Assembly (NCBI GenBank): GCA_963731735.1
Contig: CAVSWO010000002.1
Span: forward strand, 756,257 to 820,256
Length of the DNA: 64,000 nt
Reading direction: 5' to 3'
Source of the DNA: Candidatus Kerfeldbacteria bacterium
GTDB lineage: Bacteria > Patescibacteriota > Patescibacteriia > SBBC01 > CAIJZX01
The notes under the pieces: generated by a model
The model's database searches: none
The model's input: the letters and a program-made list of their open reading frames with translations, nothing else
Told to the model about the DNA's origin: nothing
Translations under genes and position numbers: made by a program
Shown here: positions 50,753 through 60,739 of the stretch, piece by piece
How positions within the stretch are numbered: the stretch's first letter is position 1
Layout: every line of letters begins with the position of its first letter

Positions 50753-51715
50753 ATGAAATCAACCCGCCTTGGTATCCTGATCGTCATCGTCCTGCTGGTT
50801 GGATTTTTTGTTTGGTGGCGGCTAGCAAAGCCGGCCGAGCCCTCGGCCAACCCGACGGCCAGTGATTTTACCAATACGTTGACTTCAACCGGCAAGCAAC
50901 CGGACACCGGCCAGTATCAGTGGTCAAGCATGTCGCAGGGACCATACCGCGACAACATTTCGTTCGCGACCAGTACCGATTTGCAAACCTGGACCGATAG
51001 CGGTCAAACCCTGGCTGAACATGCATCAGTGCCAGGCGCGGTCATGAAGGATGGAACCATCTTTGTCTACTTTGTGGATGTGCATCAAGACGGGAAGCCG
51101 GAGCAACTCGGCCTGATCACCTCAAAGGATAATGGGAAAACCTGGAGCGATCCGAAGATTTTAACGATCAAGAATATTGAGAAGCGGGTGGTTGCCGATC
51201 CTGACCCAGTCTTGCTGGCTGACGGCCGCATTCGATTGTACTACTTTGATATCAACGACAATCGGATTAATGGGCCCGACGCAACCTTTAAGATTGAGTC
51301 CGCTATCTCAAATGATGGCGAACATTTTACGCAGGAAGACGGTATCCGATTTGAACGACCGGCCGCGGCCGGCGGCGTTGATCCGGACGTCGAACTGATT
51401 GATGGCACCTGGTACCTGTATGTCGGTAGTGTCGGCGGGAACACGGTCGTCGGCGCAACTTCAAAAGACGGTATGACCTTTACCGAAGCCGGTCCGGTCT
51501 ATAGTGAAGGCGCCGTTCCGGACGTCGTCCAAGCGGGTGACGGGCAGTTCTACCTATTCACGGCCGGGATCAATTATGCCGTCTCACAAACCCCACTCTT
51601 CTTCTTCCAGCCCAGCGGCAGTTTTCACTCCAGCTTGGGTAAGGTGACGGCCGATCCGTCAGTCGTGCAATTACCGGACGGCACCTACCTGATGCTCTTC
51701 AAGTATCAACTTTAA
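50753..51715 (+). CDS. membrane-anchored beta-propeller (sialidase/glycosyl hydrolase-like)
   Basis: Asp-boxes SKDNGKTW and S.DG..F; repeated DP.V...DG...LY blades. Confidence 0.7.
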   Translation: MKSTRLGILIVIVLLVGFFVWWRLAKPAEPSANPTASDFTNTLTSTGKQPDTGQYQWSSMSQGPYRDNISFATSTDLQTWTDSGQTLAEHASVPGAVMKDGTIFVYFVDVHQDGKPEQLGLITSKDNGKTWSDPKILTIKNIEKRVVADPDPVLLADGRIRLYYFDINDNRINGPDATFKIESAISNDGEHFTQEDGIRFERPAAAGGVDPDVELIDGTWYLYVGSVGGNTVVGATSKDGMTFTEAGPVYSEGAVPDVVQAGDGQFYLFTAGINYAVSQTPLFFFQPSGSFHSSLGKVTADPSVVQLPDGTYLMLFKYQL

Positions 51716-52067
51716 AAGTATTTTTTGCCTTTTTTGCTTTCCAGGCGTAAGCTTCACGTATGACAAAAACTCTCAATCTCATTCTCCTCATCGGCTTCCT
51801 GCTGGTTGATTTCCTCTTCTTCCACGATCTGTTCAAAACCGGCGAGCATATAACCGCCGCTCAATATCTGACCGGTATTTTGAGTATCCCGGTGATGCTT
51901 ATGGCTGGTCGTTCACTGCTGCAGTCTAGCCGCCAAACTCGCGGGCCGGTCGCGTAGGCTGCATCGCCCATACCATCCGGGTGGCCGCTGAAAGGACAAA
52001 GCATGAACGATTATGTTAGTCGTGCAATTACCGAACGGCACCTACCTGATGCTCTTCAAGTATCAAC
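51661..52067. repeat. 50-bp direct repeat (51661-51710 and 52018-52067)
   Basis: One mismatch; duplicates the last codons of the beta-propeller gene. Confidence 0.85.
51760..51957 (+). CDS. small two-TM protein
   Basis: DFLFFHDLFK.GE....QYLTG.LS motif between two helices. Confidence 0.55.
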   Translation: MTKTLNLILLIGFLLVDFLFFHDLFKTGEHITAAQYLTGILSIPVMLMAGRSLLQSSRQTRGPVA

Positions 52068-52123
52068 AATAACAGCTTCCGATCCAAGCCGCCGGGGGAT
52101 CGGGTTAGCGGCTCAACCAGCGA

Positions 52124-52342
52124 TTATTGTTCGTGACGGCGTTTGGTCGTCCATTGGACGTACAGCCCGAGTAGCACCAAGCCGAGTCCAACCATCCAGC
52201 TGTCTGTCGGCAGTTGGTACGCTTGGGTCAGGCGGCCGATAATCTGCAGGATCAGCACCAGGATCCCGCTGATTAGCAAAAACCAGGCCACCAAACGGAA
52301 ATTGACGGATCGAAAACCGGTCGGGAGTTGGGTTTCGGGCAT
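52124..52342 (-). CDS. small membrane protein
   Basis: Two hydrophobic helices. Confidence 0.45.
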   Translation of the reverse strand: MPETQLPTGFRSVNFRLVAWFLLISGILVLILQIIGRLTQAYQLPTDSWMVGLGLVLLGLYVQWTTKRRHEQ

Positions 52343-52391
52343 GCCGATACGATAGCACGCAGCCTTGAACGTGTCGAAAGGCCGAACCCCT

Positions 52392-52460
52392 CGTTCCTTC
52401 CCAGTCGGATAGCGGCTGGAACAACCATCCGGCCCCCACACCAAGATTTGGTGTGGAGGC
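52392..52460. repeat. double-hairpin intergenic repeat, copy 1
   Basis: Matches 55980-56048; second hairpin CCCCACACCAAGATTTGGTGTGG also at 62.8 kb. Confidence 0.8.
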
Positions 52461-52522
52461 TGGTTTTTCCCTCTTGACTTCTTGGCGGCGCGGGGTAGGC
52501 TTGAAAGGCGTACGCCACGCTT

Positions 52523-53602
52523 ATGAAACACTACCCTATACTCCGGGGGAATATCGCCATCATGGTAATGGTGGTCTTGGCTTTAGTCCTTGTCCGTCCC
52601 AGTCAGGCAGAGACGAAGCCGGAATTAATTTTATATTACGGTCAAGGTTGTCCACACTGCGCGACGGTGCTCGAATATTTCGCCAATCATTCAATCGAGG
52701 ATCGATTCACCGTCGTGAAGAAAGAAGTGTATCAGCATTCGGACAATGCCCAAGAATTAGCGGCCCTGTTTGATCAGTTCGATCTGCCCGCGGAGAAACA
52801 GGGTGTTCCGTTTATGCTACTTAACGGCACCTATGCAGTAGGTGATCAACCAATTATTGATAGTGTTAGTAAAAACACCTTGACGACAAATGTTGAAGCG
52901 ACACCGCTGCCGGCTCCGACCAAGGTGCCGACGCCGGTGACCTGGTGGGCGGTAACGGGGGCAGCGCTGGTGGATGCGATCAACCCCTGCGCCTTCGCTG
53001 TGCTGATTATCCTGATGGCGACGGTCCTGGCCGGAGGCCAGCGCCGCCGGGCGTGGCTGAGCGGTTTGGCTTTCATCGCCGCCGTTTATATTTCCTACTT
53101 AGCTATGGGCTTTGGGCTATACTCGGCCGTCGCCGCGGTCGGGGTCACCTGGTGGATTCAAAAAGCGGCTGGCAGCCTGGCGATCGGGCTTGGCTTATTC
53201 AATCTCAAAGACGCGTTTTGGTACGGCCGCGGGGGATTGATGGAGGTGCCGCTGAGCTGGCGACCGCGGATGAAAGCGCTGCTGCAATCCGTCAGCAGTC
53301 CCGTCTCGGCGGTGCTGGTCGGCTTCGCGGTCAGTTTGTTCCTGCTGCCCTGTACGTCGGGACCGTACATCGTTATTATCGGGATGCTGGGTCAATCTGC
53401 GACACGGGTGCAAGCTGTCTGGTGGCTGGTGTATTATAACCTGTTGTTTATCCTGCCGATGCTGGCTATAATCCTGGCCGTGTATTTCGGTTTGCAACCC
53501 GCCGCGATGGAGGCTTTGCGCCAACGCCGCTTACGGTGGTTGCACGCGGTAGCCGGTGGTTTGCTTTTAGCCCTCGGACTTTGGTTAGTGTTCTCGTCCT
53601 GA
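52523..53602 (+). CDS. thioredoxin-domain plus CcdA/DsbD-like membrane protein
   Basis: CPHC; DAINPCAF and LPCTSGPY TM cysteines. Confidence 0.85.
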   Translation: MKHYPILRGNIAIMVMVVLALVLVRPSQAETKPELILYYGQGCPHCATVLEYFANHSIEDRFTVVKKEVYQHSDNAQELAALFDQFDLPAEKQGVPFMLLNGTYAVGDQPIIDSVSKNTLTTNVEATPLPAPTKVPTPVTWWAVTGAALVDAINPCAFAVLIILMATVLAGGQRRRAWLSGLAFIAAVYISYLAMGFGLYSAVAAVGVTWWIQKAAGSLAIGLGLFNLKDAFWYGRGGLMEVPLSWRPRMKALLQSVSSPVSAVLVGFAVSLFLLPCTSGPYIVIIGMLGQSATRVQAVWWLVYYNLLFILPMLAIILAVYFGLQPAAMEALRQRRLRWLHAVAGGLLLALGLWLVFSS

Positions 53603-53866
53603 GCGAGACGGGTTCGCGTTCATCATCGGCAACACCTTTGGGAAAATGGTGAGTGCGTTTGTGGCGCTTGTAATCATGCCGTTGTTCGGTCTGCGTGTCG
53701 AAGGGAACCCCCCGCGCCCATACAAAGGCGGGATTTCTTTAGCCGGCCCGCGCAAAGCGCGGGCCGGCCTCTTAGTCTTGACTTTTTCGTATTTTCTGCT
53801 AGGGTCAAATGTTTAGTGTAGTATCGATCGGTATAAGAGGTTTGTTCATTCCATAGGAGGTCTCAA

Positions 53867-54331
53867 ATGCAAAAATTCGGATTGTGGTGTTTGCTGTTAC
53901 TCGGGATCTCGAGTTGTGGTCGGACCCTCGTTGGGCCGAATGGAACACTCCCGCCAAGAAAAACAACCGGCGTGTTCGTGCTCGATTCAACCTACGTTCC
54001 CTCTGAAACCATTCTGTGCCTGGTAACAAACGGAACCAACGACACCCTGGAGTTCGTTCAGGATCCGGATGCCGCGTACGGTTTGATCTACCAGGACGGA
54101 TATCAGTGGAGAACCGGGTTTCTCTTCTCCTTCATTGGCAGACCCTGGGTCATTCCGCCACAGCGCAGTGTGCAGCTGGAGATCGAAATCCCGAGCCCGT
54201 ATGATCACTTTGGAGAACATCAAGTGTTGGTGGGTTTGCAAAATATCCACCACTCCAAGGTCCACCGAAGATATTATTCGGAAACGTTCTTGATCCAGCC
54301 AAGTCACCAGCAAATTCCAGGCCCGGCGTAA
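53867..54331 (+). CDS. putative lipoprotein
   Basis: GGAGG RBS; lipobox ISSC; Ig-like domain. Confidence 0.6.
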   Translation: MQKFGLWCLLLLGISSCGRTLVGPNGTLPPRKTTGVFVLDSTYVPSETILCLVTNGTNDTLEFVQDPDAAYGLIYQDGYQWRTGFLFSFIGRPWVIPPQRSVQLEIEIPSPYDHFGEHQVLVGLQNIHHSKVHRRYYSETFLIQPSHQQIPGPA

Positions 54332-54633
54332 GTCTACAAGTCCAGAATCACAAGGCCGCCGAGCTCGACTCGGCGGCCGATTTTATTGTTATACGAATAT
54401 TATGCGAAGGGTATTCCGTAATCGACAACAAATTGACGCCGCGATTGCGAACGTCCAGACATTTATGAATATTCAGAAGAAGTACGAAACGTTTTTCCAC
54501 TATCGTCACCATTTCGTGCACTACTGGCCAGTTTATACTCCGCCCGTCAAACCCCCGGACTTGACTTTACACCAATTTATGCTAGGGTGGTCCGGCACAT
54601 TGAAAAGTCCAACCTCAACCGGGTAGGTACCAA

Positions 54634-56000
54634 ATGATCATCTCGGAACCATCGCGGAAAATTCGTTCGGCGGGACCAACCTGGTCCCTGCGCCGTCGGG
54701 GAATTCTGGAGCAGCTGGATATCAAAGTCCGAATCATTGGACTGATCCAGGCCACCCTTGCGTCCGTCCACATGTCCTACACCAATAAGCGCGTGTCCGC
54801 CATGTTTGATGCGCTCTGGAATCAAATCCTGAGCGAGTACCCGCTGACCACCCAAGCGCTCTTCCGTCGCTACTGGAAACTTCGGGAGCGGATGCTCGGC
54901 ATGAGCCCGCGGAAAGATGCAACCGGGCGGCTGATCAAACCCTGGCGGTACACGCGTCGGCAGGTACGTCGGCGGGTGGCCATCATGCAGGTCCAGGACC
55001 GTCTGATACAGAACCCCGATCTGGAGTTTTTGGTAAACGTCCGGAATCTCCTGCAGGTGCTGGAACAGAAACATTGCTTCATCACCTGGGCTCGCCGTGA
55101 TCCGAATCGGGTCATCAGCCCCGTTACCAAGTACTTCGGCCTTCGCACCTTGCAGCCCGAATGGATCAAGCGGGTCCATTTCGGAGGGTTTTCGGCAACG
55201 GTTCTGTTCAATCCAGCCGGCTTCAAGCGTCTGTTGGCCAACACCAGAAAAGAGGGAAGATATACGGCTTGCACCTCCGCAATACGGCCATCAACGTGGT
55301 CCTCGCGCATCATGACGCTGACCGGACGATCGACCACGAGAACCGCCACAATATCTTCGATGGCGTCTTCGACTGGGTTTTCGCCAAGGATCCGTTTACT
55401 GCCTTCCGGGCTGATCTGTCGCAATACCGACAGGCGGCGTCGTCACGCGAGTCACACGCGTCGGTCGTTACCATGCTTCGGAAGCAATCGCTGCTGCGCT
55501 GGAATACTCGCCGGGTGCTGAATGACTATCACCAAGAGATCCTGGCCGGTCTGCCGGAAGCCGCAGCCCAGGGCTTCGCGGGAGTTGACGAAGCGCTGTC
55601 GGTCGAAGAAAAGCTCTTGATAGCGATTTTCGGCCAGCCGCAGCCGAAACCCCGGAAGTCATTGAGCTTCGAACATCAATTCCTGAACGATGTCGGAGCC
55701 ATGTACACCATCGGACCCGATATCCATCAAGTTCGCCGGGAGATCCATCGCTTCATTCCGCGCCTCGGGGATCCCGAATTGCGGGTCTTTCTCCGCCGAC
55801 ATCGGCGAGAACTCGGAACCAAGTACATGCAACTCATCGCCCACCTGACCGCAACTTTTGCCCTGGCCGAAGCCATGGGTGAGCAGGCGCGACGGGACTT
55901 GTACGCGGTGCTGCACCTGTTGCCACCAACACAATTCCGCCACGCCGCCACCTACCTGCGGTTCAAGTACGGCGAACCGCGTTCCTTCCCAGCCGGATAA
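54634..56000 (+). CDS. hypothetical protein with HENRH motif (frameshift near 55260)
   Basis: Two overlapping ORFs join into one coding-like product. Confidence 0.5.
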
Positions 56001-56048
56001 CGGCTGGAACAACCACCCCGCCCCCACACCAAGATTTGGTGTGGGGGC
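55980..56048. repeat. double-hairpin intergenic repeat, copy 2
   Basis: CCAGCCG-GATAA-CGGCTGG plus GCCCCCACACCAAGATTTGGTGTGGGGGC. Confidence 0.8.
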
Positions 56049-56130
56049 AGGTTTTCTTTTGCGATACCGAGCTGCCCTACGGCGTAATCTACCTCAACGG
56101 AGACAGATGTTCATGCTCGACGAACATAAA

Positions 56131-56400
56131 CTAAGCAATCTGAAGGGATTTTCTCGGGTCAAGCACTTCAGTGATCCTGGCCACGGTTGAAACGGTCGGA
56201 TTGTTTGTGCCGCTTTCGATCCTAGCAATCTGGCTTTGCGTCATGCGCACCTTACGGGCGAGCTCAGCCTGTGTCAGCCCACTTCGTTCTCGTAACTGGG
56301 CTAGTTGGTAGGCAATATCAACCAGCTGCCGTTCTTCGCGATAGATCTTCGAAAATCCCTTTCCGCGGCCTCGCTTTGAGTAAAATTTTTTCGTTCTCAT
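56131..56400 (-). CDS. XRE-family HTH antitoxin (HigA-like)
   Basis: LRERSGLTQAELA...TQSQIARIESG..NPT. Confidence 0.85.
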   Translation of the reverse strand: MRTKKFYSKRGRGKGFSKIYREERQLVDIAYQLAQLRERSGLTQAELARKVRMTQSQIARIESGTNNPTVSTVARITEVLDPRKSLQIA

Positions 56401-56410
56401 AGGTGTAAAG

Positions 56411-56773
56411 TCATTTAATATATTCTCGCACTCTTTTTGTCATGAGATATTCATCGTATAATCCGTTGAGTTTTTTTAATACACGTGATTCGATGCGATC
56501 TGATTTCTTGGTGTAGCCATCTAGCATCACGATAGTATTTCTCGATGTTGTAATGTAGAAAACCCTGTTTCCTGGCCGAGTTCGAATTTCCCAAAATGAC
56601 GTGCCTGTCAATTTTTTCGTAAATTCCTTTGGGATCAGACCGTCAGTTTCGATTATTTTATCAATCACTGCAATGACTCTGGCATACTCCCGGTCATCAA
56701 CGATGCTTTCGAGGTATTCCTGAACCGGACAGCGGCCGTTTTGGCGTTCGAACAGATAGGCTTTTCTGGGCAT
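56411..56773 (-). CDS. RelE/HigB-like (Gp49-type) toxin
   Basis: G.CPV.EYL, KKL....WEIR....RVFY, L.G.TKKS. Confidence 0.8.
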   Translation of the reverse strand: MPRKAYLFERQNGRCPVQEYLESIVDDREYARVIAVIDKIIETDGLIPKEFTKKLTGTSFWEIRTRPGNRVFYITTSRNTIVMLDGYTKKSDRIESRVLKKLNGLYDEYLMTKRVREYIK

Positions 56774-56788
56774 TGGGCGCAATAGAGC

Positions 56789-56810
56789 TATATAGCATAT
56801 ATGCTATATA
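56789..56810. promoter_or_regulatory. perfect 22-bp palindrome, probable TA operator
   Basis: TATATAGCATATATGCTATATA just upstream of the toxin start. Confidence 0.65.
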
Positions 56811-56931
56811 CTCTGTTTATCATGATAAACACTATCTGTCAAGCGGCTTAGATGATGGTGAGAGCGTACGAATGAAACCTGGTATGAAGATAAAAAAACC
56901 CACCGGACGGATCCAGTGGGTTAGAAAAGTA

Positions 56932-58083
56932 CTACTCGACATCGATCTGGGCCCCACCGACCTGGGCATTCGGCGCTAGACGATTGCGCTGGACCAAGAC
57001 GGGACGGATCCAAACGGTTTTGCGTGCTCGGGGGTTCTTGGCCTGCCCCCATGGCCGTCGGAAGTGCCCGCGGCGCCAGTGTGGTGCGACCTCATGAAAC
57101 GGTCGAATGGCCAGTTCTCCTCCAATTGATTCGACTTCTTCGTCGGTCAAGGTGAAGTTACTGAGCACGCGGCAGACGTCAGCGCCGCGCGTGATCGGGT
57201 AAACCAGTTCTCCGGTTGGCGGCTGCCCCTGGTAGACCACAGATGCATCTTTCGCCGGCAGTGATGAGAGATAGAGCGAAAGCCCGACTGCAATCCGCAA
57301 CGCGTGCGCCGCGGTCTTGTTCGTCGACGCATCCGGCCCGGCAATCGGCGCCTTTGGATTTGGTTGGCTGAAGGTCAGTTCATCCAGGCTGTCGGTTATG
57401 AATTCGAGGTCATAGGCCGGAATTTGGAAAACCTGAAGGTCTTCCACTTCCTTGTTCCGAAAGCTGCGAAGAAACTGACGTGTTTCCTGCTTCAGTTGCT
57501 CCCAACGACCAGACTCGCGCAGCCGGTCCCATTGACGGATTTGTGCGCGTGTCAGACGCGGCACGTCCGCCAACGTTCGAGGGAGCAAACGCAGCTCAAG
57601 GTCGTTATCGCGAATTTCCGGCTTGACTTTGAAGTAGATCCGCCGACTGACCATGATCACGTCACAGGGAACATTTTCAAGGTTGTAGACCGGTCGGTCG
57701 AACAGAATACAGAAGGCTGTATATGGCCAAGGCACATCCTGCCACCGAAGGTTGTTCACCGGCGTCAGCTCGAGCATAGCTTGGAGTTGCGGCGTCAAGT
57801 GGTAGACGGCGCGTGAAAATGCGCTCCAGGCGGCGAAGGATGCAGGAATGCCACGGAAACTCGTGTCTGTATCTTCGCCGATCGTAAATTTATAGAGGTC
57901 GAAATTTTCGCCGCGAAATGACAACAGGTATTTGCGAAAATCTCGCCAGTGCTTGATGACACCGCGCGGATTCGTCCGAACCCCCTTGAGTTCGATGACC
58001 GCGAGCGTGAGCTGCGAAGTCGCGAAGGTTAGGTCTTCCCACATCTTCAACGCCTGCTCGAGGCGGTCAATATGTTTTGCCAA
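56932..58083 (-). CDS. hypothetical protein with C-terminal PHWRRGHFR motif
   Basis: GGAGG RBS; 383 aa; basic tail PHWRRGHFRR...VWIRP.LV. Confidence 0.65.
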   Translation of the reverse strand: MAKHIDRLEQALKMWEDLTFATSQLTLAVIELKGVRTNPRGVIKHWRDFRKYLLSFRGENFDLYKFTIGEDTDTSFRGIPASFAAWSAFSRAVYHLTPQLQAMLELTPVNNLRWQDVPWPYTAFCILFDRPVYNLENVPCDVIMVSRRIYFKVKPEIRDNDLELRLLPRTLADVPRLTRAQIRQWDRLRESGRWEQLKQETRQFLRSFRNKEVEDLQVFQIPAYDLEFITDSLDELTFSQPNPKAPIAGPDASTNKTAAHALRIAVGLSLYLSSLPAKDASVVYQGQPPTGELVYPITRGADVCRVLSNFTLTDEEVESIGGELAIRPFHEVAPHWRRGHFRRPWGQAKNPRARKTVWIRPVLVQRNRLAPNAQVGGAQIDVE

Positions 58084-58235
58084 AGAACACCTCCAAGTTC
58101 AGAGAAAATAGCGGAACAGTTTCGGGTCGACGCTAACAGAAATTACGGGAAATGTCAATCAAACGCAAATTGACCCGCGGGTTTGAATCTTAGTTCTTGG
58201 GCAGGCTGTTGAGTTTGTTGTATACTCTAGAAGTT

Positions 58236-59111
58236 ATGTTTGATGCACCCACAAATCTCCCATCCTCACAAAACTTGAACCCCGGATCGCGCCGGCCGAA
58301 GCCTGTGGTAGTTATTGCGGCCATCGTCGGGGTGTTGATTGCGGCCGGGGCCATCTATTACGGCCTGGTGTATTTTCGCGCCAAATCCATTTTGACGGAT
58401 AACACGGCGCTAAACCAAGCGATTACAAATATCGAGGTAGCCGCTGATCAGATCGATCTTCAGGCCGTTGATCAAGGGAATGACCAGGCGGTCAAACAGC
58501 TTGCCGAAGTATACTCGACTGATAGCGAAACGGTGCGAACGGCCGTTCAATTTACCCACATCGCGTATCTTTATGCAGTACTGAATGACTACTCCGGACT
58601 TTACGGCGCCTATCCGACAACGCTTGATGCACTGGTGGCGAGCTGGCAGGATATCGTTGACGCCTGTCGGATCCAGCCCGGTTGTCACATTAAGAACATC
58701 ACCAAGCAAACCGCCACGGATTTCGTCTATGACGTCTTTACCCAAGCGCCGTATGTCTATGAACTCCAGGCACCGAGCTATACGCTTACATACCGCATGG
58801 GCCATTGCAAAGACCAGCAACTTTGCGATGACGGTCAGGGCTATTACCGCAATGGCATCAATACCATGTCCGCCGAAGACATTTCACTTGAGCAAAAACA
58901 CGCGAGTGACGCAGCCGGAGGTGCCAACACGAGTACCCTGATTCCACTCGACCGTGATACCGACGGTGATGGACTGACCGATGTTGAAGAACTGTACGTC
59001 TATAAAACAGATAGTACGAAAACCGATACCGACGGTGATGGTTTTACCGACGGCCAAGAGGTGTCGAATGGTTACGACCCGAACGGACCGGGTCAACTCC
59101 CGAATAGGTAG
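58236..59111 (+). CDS. membrane-anchored protein with Ca-binding DTDGDG repeats
   Basis: TM helix; DTDGDGLTD.EE and DTDGDGFTDG.EV.NGYDP. Confidence 0.75.
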   Translation: MFDAPTNLPSSQNLNPGSRRPKPVVVIAAIVGVLIAAGAIYYGLVYFRAKSILTDNTALNQAITNIEVAADQIDLQAVDQGNDQAVKQLAEVYSTDSETVRTAVQFTHIAYLYAVLNDYSGLYGAYPTTLDALVASWQDIVDACRIQPGCHIKNITKQTATDFVYDVFTQAPYVYELQAPSYTLTYRMGHCKDQQLCDDGQGYYRNGINTMSAEDISLEQKHASDAAGGANTSTLIPLDRDTDGDGLTDVEELYVYKTDSTKTDTDGDGFTDGQEVSNGYDPNGPGQLPNR

Positions 59112-59190
59112 CGTTTTCCCTCAAAGGGGAGTAGGGGGTACTTGCCATCACCCACCCCGTGGTGTAGAATCCTACTAGAACAACTGAATA

Positions 59191-59377
59191 CGTTATCAAG
59201 AGTGCAGCGAGGGAACGAGCCCGATGCCTGTCCGCCGAAGAATCGGCGCAGGCGGAACCTGCCAGCAACCCTTGTTACGGACCTGATCCGGAAACCAAGA
59301 AGGTGCTAATTCTCGCCCCAAATCGGGGAAAGATACTTCGCGCAACCTCTTTCCTTGACTGGGAAGAGTTCTTTCAC
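59191..59377 (+). ncRNA. SAM-I (S-box) riboswitch variant with terminator, copy 1
   Basis: TTATCAAGAG..GAGGGA..GCCCGATG..GCAACC..GGTGCTAATTC..GAAAGATA; terminator CTCTTTCC/GGGAAGAG-TTCTTT; TTGCCA-17-TAGAAT promoter. Confidence 0.85.
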
Positions 59378-59389
59378 ATGGAGGAAGCA

Positions 59390-59797
59390 ATGACGAACCG
59401 AGAAAAGTTGCAAGACATGACAGTCGTGTGTTTTCCGAAGAAGCTGGTGGTGGACGGTCGGCCGGAGCTGTCGGTCTTTCCGCTCCAGGTCGCTTTTATG
59501 GCGGTAGCGGAACGCGACGGCCAGGTGACGGCCCGGGCGTCGTCGTACGTCCCGGAACTGGCCACCTACGCGCTCGACGGATCGAAGCGCAGCCTGTACT
59601 ACGACAACGTCCTCGGCGGGGATTCTGCGCTGCGGATTACCTTTGAAACGATCGGGGGGACGTATGTCGGCGAAAAAGTATTGGCTGGGCACTGCGTCGC
59701 TCAGGCAACCGGCCGAGACTGGAACGAGTTCTTCGTTCAGCTCTCCGGGGTCGGCGTTGTCGATGGCGAGCGGTGTGAATTGCACCGCTTCGGTTAG
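59390..59797 (+). CDS. uncharacterised 135-aa protein under the SAM-I riboswitch (paralogue 1)
   Basis: GGAGGA RBS; VVCFPKKL...RPELSVFPLQVAFMAVAERDG shared with 62375. Confidence 0.8.
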   Translation: MTNREKLQDMTVVCFPKKLVVDGRPELSVFPLQVAFMAVAERDGQVTARASSYVPELATYALDGSKRSLYYDNVLGGDSALRITFETIGGTYVGEKVLAGHCVAQATGRDWNEFFVQLSGVGVVDGERCELHRFG

Positions 59798-59810
59798 CCC
59801 CCACCTCAAC

Positions 59811-59852
59811 CCGGCCGTCCCGATGTGTAGCTATCGGGACGGCCTCTTTTCT
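59811..59852 (+). terminator. intrinsic terminator
   Basis: GGCCGTCCCGAT..ATCGGGACGGCC followed by a T tract. Confidence 0.7.
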
Positions 59853-59882
59853 TTTCCCCGAAAACTATCGTACACTCTCTCT

Positions 59883-60551
59883 ATGTGTGGCGCATTCTCC
59901 ATTCGCATCAACCCCTCGATGGCCGATTTCCTCCAGGATGTCCAAGCCATCAAACCCTGGGAACCGATCTATAACGCTCGACCCGGCGAATGGTTGCCGA
60001 TGGTGACCGAAACCAAACCACACAAACTCACCTCCGCCTACTGGGGTTTTGTACCGCACTGGATGGATCCGAAACAGGGGAGTCCGGTCATCAACGCCCG
60101 GGGTGAAACGGTCATGACCAAACCGTATTTTCGGAAAGCCTTTGCCGGACAGCGCTGTATTATTCCGGCCGACGGATTTTACGAATGGGAAAAAAATGGC
60201 CGTCTGCGCTTACCACACTATTTCCGCCGACGCGATGACCAGCCCTTCGCCTTTGCCGGACTCTACGACGCCCTCCCAAAGACTCCGACGAAATTTGGCT
60301 TCGCGATTATTACGACCACGCCGAACACAATGGTCGGAAAAATTCACGACCGGATGCCGGCGATGTTACCGGATGAGGCGGTGGCTGCCTGGCTCAATCC
60401 CGATACCGCGCCCGAGCATGCCGCCGAGCTGATCCAACCGTACCCTGACCGGGCGATGGTGTCGTATCCGGTCTCCCGGGCGGTTAACTCCGCGAAGCAT
60501 AAAGGCGCTGACGTGATTGAACCGTTTCAGGAGACGGGAAAGTTGGTATAA
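59883..60551 (+). CDS. SOS response-associated peptidase (SRAP/YedK)
   Basis: MCG start, WGFVP.W, INAR.ET, DGFYEW, IHDRMP. Confidence 0.92.
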   Translation: MCGAFSIRINPSMADFLQDVQAIKPWEPIYNARPGEWLPMVTETKPHKLTSAYWGFVPHWMDPKQGSPVINARGETVMTKPYFRKAFAGQRCIIPADGFYEWEKNGRLRLPHYFRRRDDQPFAFAGLYDALPKTPTKFGFAIITTTPNTMVGKIHDRMPAMLPDEAVAAWLNPDTAPEHAAELIQPYPDRAMVSYPVSRAVNSAKHKGADVIEPFQETGKLV

Positions 60552-60739
60552 TTGTTTAATAGAATTGCTGTCCCGCCATACAGGTAACCTGGGATTACAG
60601 TGGCACAGGCAGTGTTGGTGATTCACATCCAGCCGGCCGTTTCTCCCTCTCGACACTCTCGAGACGAGACGGCCGGTTTTCTTATTATAAAAAAGCCCAT
60701 CGTATACAACCGATGGGCAGATGGTGCGATCCGAGGCGA

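Noticed and set aside
51661-52067. Diversity-generating retroelement TR/VR pair
   Set aside because: Only 50 bp with a single mismatch, and no reverse transcriptase in the window
59858-59873. LexA box upstream of the SRAP gene
   Set aside because: Only one good CCGAA half-site, and the spacing does not fit
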